From Carcharhinus longimanus (lineage: Eukaryota), in assembly GCA_030264375.1 (NCBI GenBank), contig JASCQW010000001.1, forward strand, positions 141,930,722 to 141,994,721: a stretch of 64,000 bases of DNA, written 5' to 3'. The first letter of the stretch is position 1; each line of letters opens with the position of its first letter. Of the stretch, positions 23,626 to 35,715 are shown piece after piece. The position numbers and the translations under genes were made by a program. Under the pieces are notes generated by a model. That model was not told the origin of the DNA and did not search any database. It saw only the letters and a list, made by a program, of their open reading frames with translations.

Positions 23626-25101
23626 TATGGATGAGATGGTGATCGTGCGCTGTGGGTAATCTTGGGGAAGGGTAAGACTATGATTCATTAATGCAGGAAG
23701 ACCCTGTGTCTGAATAATGTGCTGTAGCATTCCTTCACTTTAACAGTTGCTCTCATGTAAGAAGAAACTGGCAAGATTGGTTATGTGAGGAGGATATCGA
23801 GTCCCTATGATTTTCATCACTGTCTCTGAGCTGTTTCCTTTTATTTCAACTGAACAAAGGTGGCAAATGTGAATGAAAAAGGAAAGAATAATGAGTAAAA
23901 GTGTGGCTATTCACAAGCAAGAAAAAGAAACTTGAATTGTTTGAAATTGCTTATTTAAAAAAAAAGTTGCACATCATTTTCCATTTATTTTCTAACTCAA
24001 CGAAAATCCTTTTGGGATGACTATTGAAACAAAACTTGCTGCTGTTTCAACTGTTTATTTTTGTTCCACACCAATTCACAGTACATTAATCTTTCTGGTT
24101 GACTTTTACATTTGTTTTAGGTTTCTTCATCCTCCTTAGTTTCCTCCACTGTTGCCTCCTGCCGCCACACTTCCTTCTTCAGGGTGGGACTTTATGTGCC
24201 ACGTACTTCATCATGGCCACCATCAATGCCAGTTCATGCTCCTGCTCGTTTTTCCTTCCCCTGCCCCAAGGTAAATCATTTCACCAGTATAAAAGCATTC
24301 TATTTAACTGCTGAGGTGAGAACTCCCAAAAGAGGCTGAAATAAGGGCTGTTGGAAAGACTGTGGAACCTGGAACTGGATTTCAGGCCTGAGGGTATGGC
24401 TGTAAAGTTGTACTTGCGCAACATGATGAGATTATGTTTCTCTATACAATAATGGAATGAATGTAATTCAATAGATTGTAGCTCCAGTAGAGAGAGGAAA
24501 TTTGTCGGTGAAAGTAAAATTCCTAATTAGCCTGAATTCTGCCCACATTTTGGAAAGTAATACCCTCGAGTGCACCTCTAAAAATTGTGTTATGACATCT
24601 TCAGAACTCCACTATGACTTCATACTTTAGCAAAGGCTTAGTAATAGTCTTCACTCTTTAATTGTTTCATTGTGTTACTTTTTACTTGAGCTCAGCGCTC
24701 TGGTTACAGCTCAGTTGGAGATGCATGTAAACAAATTGTAGATGCTTTGGAGTATTCCATGGGTTCGGCCTCTGTCGTTGATAACATATTTCAGGAATTT
24801 GAAGGTTTGATTCTTGGAAACATCATTCATATTCAGCAAACAATATATTCATACAAGAGAGAACAATCTGCTAATGCCTCTTAGTCACGCGTGAACTGAA
24901 AAGCAATGGTAGATTAATATTGATCATTTCCAACTGTACCAAAGAATACTTACACCTGCAATTTTGGACTTCAGAGTAGGAAGAGACAGGTAAGATCACT
25001 ATGCTTGCTATGACTTTAAACAGTGAATAAAAGAAGAGCAGTATACTTTTTAATATAGTTGGATTGAGGCCTGGTTAAATTATATTTTCCCATATCACTA
25101 A

Positions 25102-25412
25102 TAGTTCACTAACCTCCTTCAGGGAAGGAAATCTGCTGTCCTTACCTGGTCTGGCCTACATGTGATTCCAGAGCCGCAGCAATGTGGTCGACTCTCAACT
25201 GCCCTCCAAGGGCAACTAGGGATGGGCAATAAATGCTGGCCCAGCAGCGATGCCCATGTCCCNNNNNNNNNNNNNNNNNNNNNNNNNNNNNNNNNNNNNN
25301 NNNNNNNNNNNNNNNNNNNNNNNNNNNNNNNNNNNNNNNNNNNNNNNNNNNNNNNNNNNNNNAATAAATGCTGGCCCAGCAGCGATGCCCATGTCCCACA
25401 AATTAATAAAAA
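25102..25412 (+). mobile_element. SINE-like repeat ending in the same tail as the 4155-type LINE; interrupted by an assembly gap
   Basis: gttcactaacctccttcagggaaggaaatctgctgtccttacctggtctggcctacatgtgattccag...gggcaactagggatgggcaataaatgctggccc. Confidence 0.7.
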
Positions 25413-28400
25413 TATATTTATTAATTGCTGAATTTATGTTTGCCTCCCAATTCAGACATACCACTTCAGGTTTAATAAAATCGCAACTTGAACACTGCAA
25501 CAAGTCAGAGAAGGTTAATATTGAAATGATTACAGTGCTAATCAATACGGGGTTAAACTATCATATCCATTACATAAGGCTTCTTGTTGGTCTTTAGCTT
25601 GACAGCGTACTCATAACCAGCAATCCTTTTAAGCATTATGTGTCTAAAACTTCAATGTGCCAGATTGGGCATCCCCTCCAGTTGACTTGACCATAGTTGC
25701 TTAATGATTTCCATATCCTGTTTCCCAGAAAAAGAATTAGCCAAAGAAGCCTCCCTCTCACAGACGCTCCCATCCTTTCAGAAGATATTCATAGCAGAGC
25801 CAACACAGAATTTGAAATAGGTGATCTCCTGTTATCAAAAGCAAGAATATGTTTTCCTGCTGAACAAGCAACCATAGGTTTTCACTCCAGTTTCTTCATT
25901 ATATCCAAGAAATTGAGAAATATTTGCCCATTTTCAAATCAAAGGAAATGGAGTCAGTTCCTATGTTGAGACTTATATTTCTAAGAACGATGGTTTGTGT
26001 AATGCAAAACATGATTTTCCTACTGCTGGACAGATTTGTGGTGCTCTGGGCTCTCAATCCCCCCACCCCTTGCGAAAGATTCATATCTCACAACTTAGGT
26101 TCCATATATGTATAATAAGACTAATGTCAATGGCCATCTTCATTGTTTCCAATTCTGTCTTTTATAGTGAAGCATTTCAGTTGAATCTGCTGACACATTT
26201 ACTTTGGCCTATCTAGTAGTATAGATAGTCAAATGTATTAAGAGTTCCTCTTCAGCTGATTTCCCAAAATGAGGATGACGATGGAAGTGTTGCTACTGGC
26301 TTGGAAAGCTCATCTCTGAAACAAGTGCCATTGAAGATGTTTGACGGCCTAATTTCACAGAATTGCCAGTGTTGTGTGCATAAGAAAACTGAAACGTCGT
26401 TCCAAGACTTAAGCCGAGAGAGTTAATCAGTACCAATACACTAGAAAAAACTGGGCTGAGCAGAAAGGACATTAAAGCTGGAACAAGATGTTGATGGCAC
26501 AAAAAAGAAGAAATAAACCTATAAGTGAGATAAATGAAGAACAAATGTCATACTCAAGGACATGATATAGTGGGAAGACAGCAAAATATATGTCCAGAGA
26601 AAAGAAGAAAGTAACGTCAATCAAATTGATCAATTTAAATAAAATCAGAATCCGTAAGGAATCAAAAATATATTTATCAAATATTGAGAGCTTTAGACCA
26701 ATTTGTTGGAATTTTTTTAAATTAAATTTTCCTTTTTGAAGAATTGACTGGGGAAATTATAGTTTTACCAGCAAGTATCATAACATTTTATTGTTCTGAT
26801 TATTCAGGAACTGAAGCTTTGTAAATTTACTGCTATTTTTTATAAAACAAAATGTAGGGTTGTGCCAATGTGAATTTTATATTTTGTTACCAAAAATAAA
26901 AAGGCTTATACTGGCCATTCAACAATGTTGCATGCCAAATTCCTTTTGGGAAGTTTATTTTTAAATCATGGGCAACTTTACTTTCTAACGTATTTCTGAC
27001 TGTCAAGCCTCATTAGCAATCTGTGAGTCCACATATGGTTAGTGTACGCTGTTACTGCTTGGTGCATATTTTCTTCTCTGCAGGTCACCTGTCTATCAGG
27101 CATTGGTATGTGTGACTACTAAAATAAGGCACCTATGGGGAAAATCAGCTTAGAGCTGCTTTTTTTAAAACTGAAATGTTTCTCTTTGATTTTCATTGTT
27201 GAGTTTAAATATCCTCTGTGAATTTCAGAATGTGATTTTTTTTTTGGCTGGAATAGAATTAACTTGCACAGAGATTTTGTGAATGTCTTCTCCTAAGGAA
27301 CAAGGTTCATGATGGGATGAAGGATTCTTCTGTAAGGTTCCCATGTGAAGTGTGTTGGTCAGTTTCACCTTTAGCTGCTCGAGGCGTAAAGCTGTTCTAA
27401 CTTGGGACTCTTGGCACTAAAGCACACTCATGAGATCACGTGGGCAGCCAGTGTAGGAAATGAAAGTGCAGTAGAAAGTGTTCTTCTGGGCTTGTTGGAT
27501 TTAAGAGATATTACTGAAGGATATAGAGGGAGCATTGAATCACATCTGCCCTGTGCAATCTTTGATCTGGATGTACTTCTTACTGCACAAAACCTGACCA
27601 AGAGGTCCAACTGTAATCCATATAATAATGCTGAGAGTCAGAGGAACATTTTGTAAGGAAGGCTAAAATCCCAAAGTGCCATTCTTAGCTTTGTTTGCAT
27701 ATCATCCAGTCACTTCCGTCACATATTTGCTGAGCAATACTTATTCAGGTTACTATGCTTTTGAAATATATTTTAAACTATCAAACCTTGGCATTGCGGG
27801 ATTGATCATGATGAACAACTATTGTACTGATTGTATCGAACCTTATTTTAAAAAAAGACAATACAGGCGCATTGAACTGTTAACATGTGATTCATGAAGC
27901 TTAGGGATAGAGATTTGATCATTTCCTTCCAATCAGACACTTGTCTGAACAGTGGTGTTGAGGAGGGGCTGTTCCTCATTGTGAGGGTAAATAATCATAG
28001 AAAGTGAGTCATTGCTCACTGCAAGTCCTGTTCTGCCTAAGTATGTGACTGGGTCACCCCCTTGGCTACGCAAAGAGGGAAGAGAGACAGATTTTGTTTG
28101 CACTCTCTCTCAAAAAAAAGACAAGGGATGTTTCTGCGAGGTAATGATATTGGAATTAGTAACAATGTATGGTAACAAAATGTAATGTAGTTAAGCAGTT
28201 ACATGGAGAAACCACAGTGGGTATAATTGTGATTAAAGGTCTCTGTGTTATTTAATGTTGGGATAGTGGCAAGTAAAGCTCCGTCTAATATTTATATTTG
28301 GCAAAGGAGTAACTTGCTTCTAACTTGTAAATTCTTGTTGCAAAATTCAGTCTTAAGTTTCTGCCCCCTCCAAAGCAACTTCCTGTCTGCTGTTTTTTAT

Positions 28401-31400
28401 TTTTCCTTCCTTTTGAGTCACTTCTCCTTGGAGAAAATACTTTGCCCATAGATTTATATCCTCCATAGTTCCACCTATAAATCTTTGTTTTATGCACTGG
28501 CGGGAAACCTTATTGTTCACTTCCTCCCCAGTTCCTCCCTCTACAAATCCACAAATCTTTATCTTCAACAAAAAGTACAGCAATAATCCACATTGAAATA
28601 ACTTGATGTAAGCTGTGTTCAGTTTTAAAACAAACGGAGAATGAAGAAAGTCTGCTGAAGTGCGGGTTGGGGGGGGTAGTTATCCTTGGTGCTACACTAC
28701 CTGTTCAGTTATGCAATGTATTATAAAACACCGTATACATTACCTGTAACTAAAGACTGATGATTGAGTCAAGTAGATTTGAAAAGCATGTTGGTGCTGT
28801 ATATTTGTGGATAGTCATGAACCTTGGAGTAAAATTTCAATTAAAGTAAACCAAGTATTCTTGCTGCTAGTTGTATATGGAATGTTAGTGCAGTCTGATG
28901 ACGGGAACTGTGTATGTTAGAGGAGGGTAATATTTAAAGGTAGTGGTTCATGAGTAGAAAGGAAATGTGCTAATAGTTTATGGGATGGAGTATAACATGC
29001 ATAAAACATTTCAAAATAATAGGTTGACATTATGTGCTCGAATCCTATCCTATCCTTTTACTCTTTGCACATTGGCTCCAACCCACCACTGGGGCAATTT
29101 GGAAAAAAAGCAACACTGGTAATTGCTGACATTCACTCCCAAGTTCATTTGGCAGTGGTCATCAGTCAGCGAAGAGCACGAATATAGCCCAGAGCCCTAA
29201 TGCTCAATTTAAAGAACACCTAATTTTAGCTCTCCAAAAGCTGTGGCTTTTTTTGCTTGGAGCTGTACAGAGCAAACCTTTAGGCAGTTACTACTTCAAG
29301 CCCTGAAAATTAGGTGGAAATTGAATAGTTCCAAAGAACTGAGTGGAGCATCAAGTGAACAGCAAAGCCCACCCACAACACACAATTACAATTCTAATTT
29401 ATAAACTGTACAGCAACATAAATATAACATCTCATTTCAATTGCAAAGCCTCCGGGAGATGGAATTGTTTTCTGATTTAATTCTCGGGTGAGAGAAAAAT
29501 CAAGCACCCGACTGTACTTGGCTGCTGCCAGCTAGTCAGGCACCTTTAATGATGACCCACCTCCATAATTGTTTTGATTAGCAGGATGGTCACAGAAGAA
29601 TTTTTGCCCAGTTCATGGTGTATGTAAGTAAGATCTCCGGTCCAAAATTTTCACATTGACACATATGATTCAAGTTTATTCCCTCATGTCTGAAACACCT
29701 TTTTAAAAATAATGTTGTCCTGCACTTAAAAAAAAAAGGTGATGGCAGATGGATTTTTTTTGCATGACCTCAGTGAAAACATCCCTTTGTAAGTTTTATG
29801 GTTTAGCCTTCCCTCTTGGTGATAATGCAAAATATTTTTTTTTCCTCCATTCCATGCTGCTAGCTGCAACTTTGAAAAATGGCTGCCGTTTTGCCAGAAG
29901 TCCCTTGTCATCCATTAGACGTTAATTTATAGTGGTAACTGGCAGAATTGCAGAAGTGCTACTTTATTCGCTCAGGACTAAATCCCAGGCTGCACTGATT
30001 GTTCACATCTTTAGTGTTGCGTCCAGCAGCTATCATGCAGCAGCTAAAAATGAAGGGTTACCAATGTGAGACAAAAGCTACATCATTGTTTCCCATCAGT
30101 CATCCCTGATAAAGATATGGTCAGAATGCATTTACAGTTTCTTGTGGGAATTAAAATGAAAAATGAGTTTAAAAATATTAACTAGTCTTATATGGCAGAC
30201 ATTTTTTTGTATGCATTTGTATTTTTAAAATTAGTTTTAAGTTTCAAAAAGAACAAAAGAATACAGAGCAGAGCGATAGATATGAATGGTTTTAGACTTG
30301 AAGGATCCTGACTAAGTAAAGGAGGTTGAGAACCGAGGCTATTGATTTTGAGTTAGGGAGACTCCGTGAGGCATAATCATAAAGACTGAGACTTGATTCT
30401 TAGATTCCTGATGTATTCCCCATCCTCCATATTTTTACTGGTGCGAGATAAGAGTGAGGACTTCTGTGGGTTGCAATCCTGCATTGCCAACCTCGCTGGC
30501 TCAATTACAGGAAATGTATGTCCTAGTCATCCACAATTTTCATGGAGTTGGACCAGCTCTTAACAGACTTGTGGTTCGGGGCCCCTCAAAGGTGTTGCGA
30601 ATTATACTCTGGGTGAGGGAGCCTTTTAAAAGTTAAGTTCTAAAGGCCTTACATGTGCAACCTTACCCCCCCCCCGCCATGTGAAACCATATCCACCTAT
30701 CTGCCTATAAGTGCTCATCACTTTATATAGCAAGATATGCCCATCAAACTACTCCCCAGTGTTACATCAAACCCTCTATGCTGACATATGCCCCTGTACT
30801 CACCCTTATGCCACATCTACTCTCCATACCAAACAATAGTTGTTCCATTCCCATTCACTCACTATACACACTACAGAGCTAATGAACTCCAGAGTAATAG
30901 TAGGATGTATGACAAAGTATTAGAAAGCACTCCTTCATTCATAACTTTCTACTTTCTTAAAAATCAACTCCTTTCACTGCAGTCCTATAAAAGTCTCAAT
31001 CATCCAACACATTTGAAGTATTAAAATCTGAAACTGCAAGTACTTTAATTCTTCATCTTGTGTAAATAAATGTTGTGCAATTGACAGAATAGATCAGAGA
31101 GCAAGAGTTGTTAATCGTGTAATGTTTTCCTGGGGCAAAACTTTCCATAGTCTAATGAATTTTTGGGCTCCCAGCTAAACCTCATTATGCAGTCTTGTCT
31201 GTGAGGGGGCATTGGAGGTATATGAAAGAGCATAGGTTGGCAAGAAAAGAACATGGGTGGTGTGAGGAATGAGGTCTAGAGGTCTGCTCTTTTATTTTTC
31301 TGTCAGGGCACTGAGCTGGGCCTTTCAACAGTCTGAACTGGCACTTGCTAGTCCCCATAGCTACCTTTGAACACTTTCTGGCGGCAACAGGGCTTAACTC

Positions 31401-31407
31401 CAGTTAG

Positions 31408-31736
31408 TGACACAGTGGTACAGTGGCTTGCATTGCTGCCTCACACTGCCAGGGACCGGGATTCAATGCTGGGTGATAGTCTGTGTGGAGTTTGAACATT
31501 CTCCCTGTGTTTGCATGGATTTCCTCCAGGTGCTCCGGTTTCTTCCCACAGTCCAAAGATGTGCAGGTTAGGTAGATTGGCCCTGGTAAAATTGTTCTTT
31601 AGTGTTCCAAGATATTTAGATTAGATGTATTAGCCATGGTAAATACGTTATGGGGACAAGGTGGTGGAGAGGGCCTGGATAGGATACTCTGTCAGAGAGT
31701 CGGTGCAGACTTCTGCACTGGAGAGATTCGATGATT
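31408..31736 (+). mobile_element. HE1-type V-SINE
   Basis: tRNA-like head, ctgtgtggagtttgaacattctccctgtg...tccaaagatgtgcaggttagg core, ttctgcactggagagattcgatgatt tail. Confidence 0.85.
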
Positions 31737-32884
31737 GCACCCACCCCCTTCCCCCAGGATGAAAATCTAATTTTTGATGGCACTTTTTCAAGAGACAGAT
31801 GAGTGGATGTGCTGAACCAGTAAATTTCCTGACTCCCACTACCTGCCTCTAGGATAAAAATCCAGCTCATTATGTCAGGGTAAGCTTACTGGAGAAGGAC
31901 AATAAGTGCTAAGCATTTGCATTTTATTTTGAAAGCAGTACTTTAAGGGTTGTCTGCAGAATTCAGAAGGGCATCCCCCTTTGGTTTAATAAAAGTCAGG
32001 CAGACATGCCCATGACGACCGTCAGGGATATTCCCTTGGAGAATGTTGCATGTCAAGAGTTGGTATTGAGTTGGACCTTTTCCAGGGCAATTGTTTTTTT
32101 TAAGTAACTCAGTTTGTGTTGAGACCTTTCTATGTTCTTCTTTAAAAGAATGCGTTGGTAAGAAACAACTGCAGCGATAGAGAGCATGAGAGACAAAGAT
32201 CATAGTTAAGTTATGATCTTAAGCATTGCTAGCCAACGTGTGCTGCTTTAGAGTCAACTGAGTAAAACCATTTCATGATACTATTCGTGATAGAAACAGC
32301 TGCTACAGATTAAGTCAGTTGAAGTTGGTAACTTTACAGGTTACTGGTTATATGTAGTACTAACTGTTCTCTCTTTGTTAATGACTACTTTTCTGTCTGC
32401 ATTCTGCCCAGTGCTAACTTTTATTCTGCAAACAGCAAGCAGAATACTTCTGATTAATGGGCAATCATACCCTTATTAAAAAATAAAGCAGAAGCTTATA
32501 TGTGAAGAGTTTTTCTTGGTCGATATGTAACGAATGTGGTTGTTTATACAGTTGCTGCCAATGATTTCAAGGTCTCTTAAAATGTCAGCTGCAATCATCT
32601 CAACTTACTTACCTTTGCTATGTGGATAATTCAAAATACCCATGAGTATGAGAAAAAGACAAAAGAAGAATTTTAGTACATTATCTCCGGAGGTTATCTA
32701 TGCAGAAGTTTTATTGTGATCTACCACAGGCAATGTGTCTCGGTGTCATGTCAGCACACTTAAAGGGCTGGTGGGGGTGGGGGGGAAGAATTTGTTCATG
32801 TAGCACCATTTTGAATGTTGGTTCCAAAGTGATTCTGCCCCCAGGGGATAGTAGTCTATTCAGCACTGTTAAGCTTGTTCTGTC

Positions 32885-32965
32885 ATTCAGTTGTATAATG
32901 GCTGATTTACCAGCATTAACTCCATATCCTTTGATAACCTGTATAAACATAATCTATATTGCAAT
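32885..32965 (-). mobile_element. CR1 3' fragment
   Basis: cattcagttgtataatggctgattt...tccatatcctttgataacc...aatctat, similar to 45548-45640. Confidence 0.45.
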
Positions 32966-34450
32966 TGTCCATAGCCTTTTGGGGGGGGATGGGATGAGGT
33001 GAGGTCATGGTGGGGGTGGCAGGGGATATGGGGAATCATGGGGGGAAGGTAGTTGCCTGCAGGGATGTGAGAGGGCAGAGAACTCCAGATTTCCACAGTG
33101 TTGTGTGGAAAGAAAATGCTCCCGTCTGAATATCTGGCTATCATTTTAAGATTATTTGCTTTTTTTTCCCCTACCAGTCAAAATATTTTCTCTGGGCTGA
33201 ATTTTTGCTCCAATCTCAGATGCGAAGAGTTGGGAAAATTCCCAGGCAAAATTTCTTGTGTGGCTGGGTTTTCACTCTGAACGGTGGGGCTAACTGGAGT
33301 TGGGCCCTCTGCCCCCGGAGACAGTGCAGAGGCAACCTCAGGTGCTGCTGGTTTGTCGGGGGGGTGTCGTCTTGTTTAAGTGGTCCACCTCAGTGCTGTG
33401 GAGCTGAGTTATAATGTCCCAGTTATAACAAGAACAATAAGGCCCTCTACCACTCACCTACACAACCGCAACATACTCCCCATACCCTATTCATGACAAC
33501 TCATGGTGCTTCATACCCCCAATGCCAGCTTATAACTCTCTATCGACACACCGTGTTCTCTCATGTCAACTTGTACTCCTCTATCTACCCTCCCCATGGC
33601 CCCAGAGGTACTGTGTGCCAATCGATACACCATCTACCCACCCTATCACCCTCATAGCCTCTAGATGACAGGGTGTCTGACTACCTGACTACTCTACTGC
33701 GCAATTTGCCTGAAAACTCCCGACTGCATAACTAATGAGCTCAGCATCATATGACACAGTGGATTTACCCACCAGGCTCTGTGGGGGAAGTTCCACTGAT
33801 TCCTGTCCTCACCACAGGACTTCGGCCCTGACTAGAAAATTTTGAGCTCAATCTGTGTACACGTATAAATAACCAACATCCATTATTTTCTGCTGTACAC
33901 TTTGAGGGGGGGTTGCAAACTGAGGGAGTGCATTCTGTACTATTGTGAATTACAATAGCTTTGGATGACAACTAGTTGTGATTTAGAATCCCAAACTGTG
34001 TGTTAGCTATTACTGTGGTACTTTGTGTGGTTATTGGGGGAGGTGTGAATGATCTTTTATGCTCAGAATCACCTACAAAAAAAAATACAGTTATGTTTTC
34101 TTGACTGCAGAGCTGTGACTTGCTAAGTGCTCTCTGCCAAATGTTGTCTCTCGGGAAATGGGGCCTCCTTGTTGAGAATAGTATCAAAATGTGTATTATA
34201 TTGTTCTGATTTTACATAAGAAAAGTTACTTTAATAATGATACCCAAAATGATTTGGAAAAACATTGCAATGGTTGGTATACTGCCAAAAAAGACTAGCA
34301 CTCTTAAATCATATTGCTTTTTAATCAGTGTTTTTTCTTGGGCTGTTACAGCTTTAATTTGTTCAACGTGTGCCTAATTAATATGGGTTATAAATAATCT
34401 GTTCAAGTTTATGCTTCCCATAAAGTTGGTCAGTTTTTTTTATAAACAAC

Positions 34451-34774
34451 AAGAGAGACACGTTGCTGAAGCTTTTTGTCCCACACTCATCAGGACAAAC
34501 ACAGGAATGCCAAGTTTTAGACAATCACAATAATTCACAGAAAAGAGGAGGGGTGCTGTTGGTCGACCATGATTGGCAAGGCATTGCCATGGGCAAAGCA
34601 ATGAGGAGGCAAGTCTTATAGTTCCCCATTGTTTTCTCCATGGCAATGCCTCAGCCATTGTCGACCAGACAGCACCCCTCTTCTCGCATGAATTATTGTG
34701 ATCGTTTAAAACTTGGCATTCTTGTGTTGCCCTGATGAATATAAGACAGAAAGCTTTGGCAGCATGTCTCTCTT
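34451..34774. mobile_element. ~325-bp palindromic element (family C) with a hammerhead-like motif in each arm
   Basis: 34451-34608 is the reverse complement of 34621-34774 (for example ggcattgccatgg/ccatggcaatgcc, ggtcgac/gtcgacc, gaatgccaagtttta/taaaacttggcattc, aagagagaca/tgtctctctt). Confidence 0.85.
34727..34762 (+). ncRNA. Decayed hammerhead motif (family C, right arm); partner on the - strand at 34463-34498
   Basis: ttgcc CTGATGA atataagaca GAAAGCTTT ggcag with stem I tgcc/ggca intact; left arm reads ttgtc CTGATGA gtgtgggac aAAAAGCTTC agcaa. Confidence 0.55.
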
Positions 34775-34987
34775 TTCAAGTTCCATATTACCAAATAACT
34801 TTTATTTTTCACACAACATGTGTAAGTACTTGAGCACAACATTTCTATTACTTAGCATGGTTTCTAGTTGATGGATAACACGGATTCAAGAAATAAACAG
34901 CCAGAAAAAGTCTCTTTCCAACTACAGTTCTGAGATTTACCCAGTTGGTCCACCGGGGGAGGGGGTGGGGACTGCCTGGGCTGGGCT

Positions 34988-35715
34988 GGGCTGGATTGTA
35001 ACTCAGCAAGTTTAAAGGCAGTGTGGGCATACAAGATCCAGTGAGCATTGTGCCTGCACCCACTGCAATGAAAGGGAGCTGCTTGGCAGCTAGCCCTCCA
35101 TCCCTCCCTCCAACCCACCCCCCCAACCACCCCCCCACCCACCCACCCCCCCACCCTCCATCCATCCCTCCCTCCATCCCATTGAGGCCCTTAAGTAGTT
35201 ACTTAAAAACCACTTGAGGGTCTCACTCCACATTGCCAGTAGTAAATGTACAGTGGGAGCAGGTCCATGCTGGTACATCCCTTTTGGGAAAGGGAGTGTG
35301 GGGCGGGGGTAGGGTGTGGGGGCACCTTCTCTATCCATTGAAGACCATTCTCCCTTTTACTGGTCTCTGGAACCAGGCTTTCCATCCCTCACCCCTCCCT
35401 TGCCCCCTTACCAGGGCCTCCCAGCACTGACAGACATACCTCTTCAGTATGGTGGGACTGTCTGTAGTCCCAGAAGTGATGAACACTGGGTGGAGGTGAC
35501 ACACTGGGGTTGCAGAATGGCTGGCCAGCTGGTTGGCTGGCAGCTCTCTAAGGCAGGATTTCCTCCTGTGAGAGGGGCAGAGGTCTTGCCTCCCGCTGCT
35601 TAACACAGCTCCCAGCATCAAAAAGCTGTGGGTCAACCATTAGTATCGTGGGTGGGCTACTCCTCGACTTTTTAGCGGGGTGACAGGGACTACAGCACCC
35701 CATTACATTCAGCCC
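34988..35715. mobile_element. Putative non-autonomous DNA transposon (GGGCT-ended TIRs, Harbinger-like)
   Basis: gggctggattgtaa ... ttacattcagccc terminal inverted repeat; GC-rich body within AT-rich intron. Confidence 0.5.
35093..35180. repeat. C-rich low-complexity tract (CCCT/CCAT/CCAC), G4-prone on the - strand
   Basis: ccctccatccctccctccaacccacccccccaaccacccccccacccacccacccc... Confidence 0.85.

Noticed and set aside
25228-25397. 35-bp exact direct repeat on both sides of the N-gap
   Set aside because: Typical unmerged contig overlap (assembly artefact), not a biological duplication.
27510-27580. Possible Deu-SINE-type remnants (also ~6815-6880, ~47085-47290, ~50110-50150)
   Set aside because: Too decayed to delimit or assign by eye.
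28757-28790. ctgatga...gaaa hammerhead-like spacing
   Set aside because: No stem I pairing, no UH after a helix III, and no flanking family homology.
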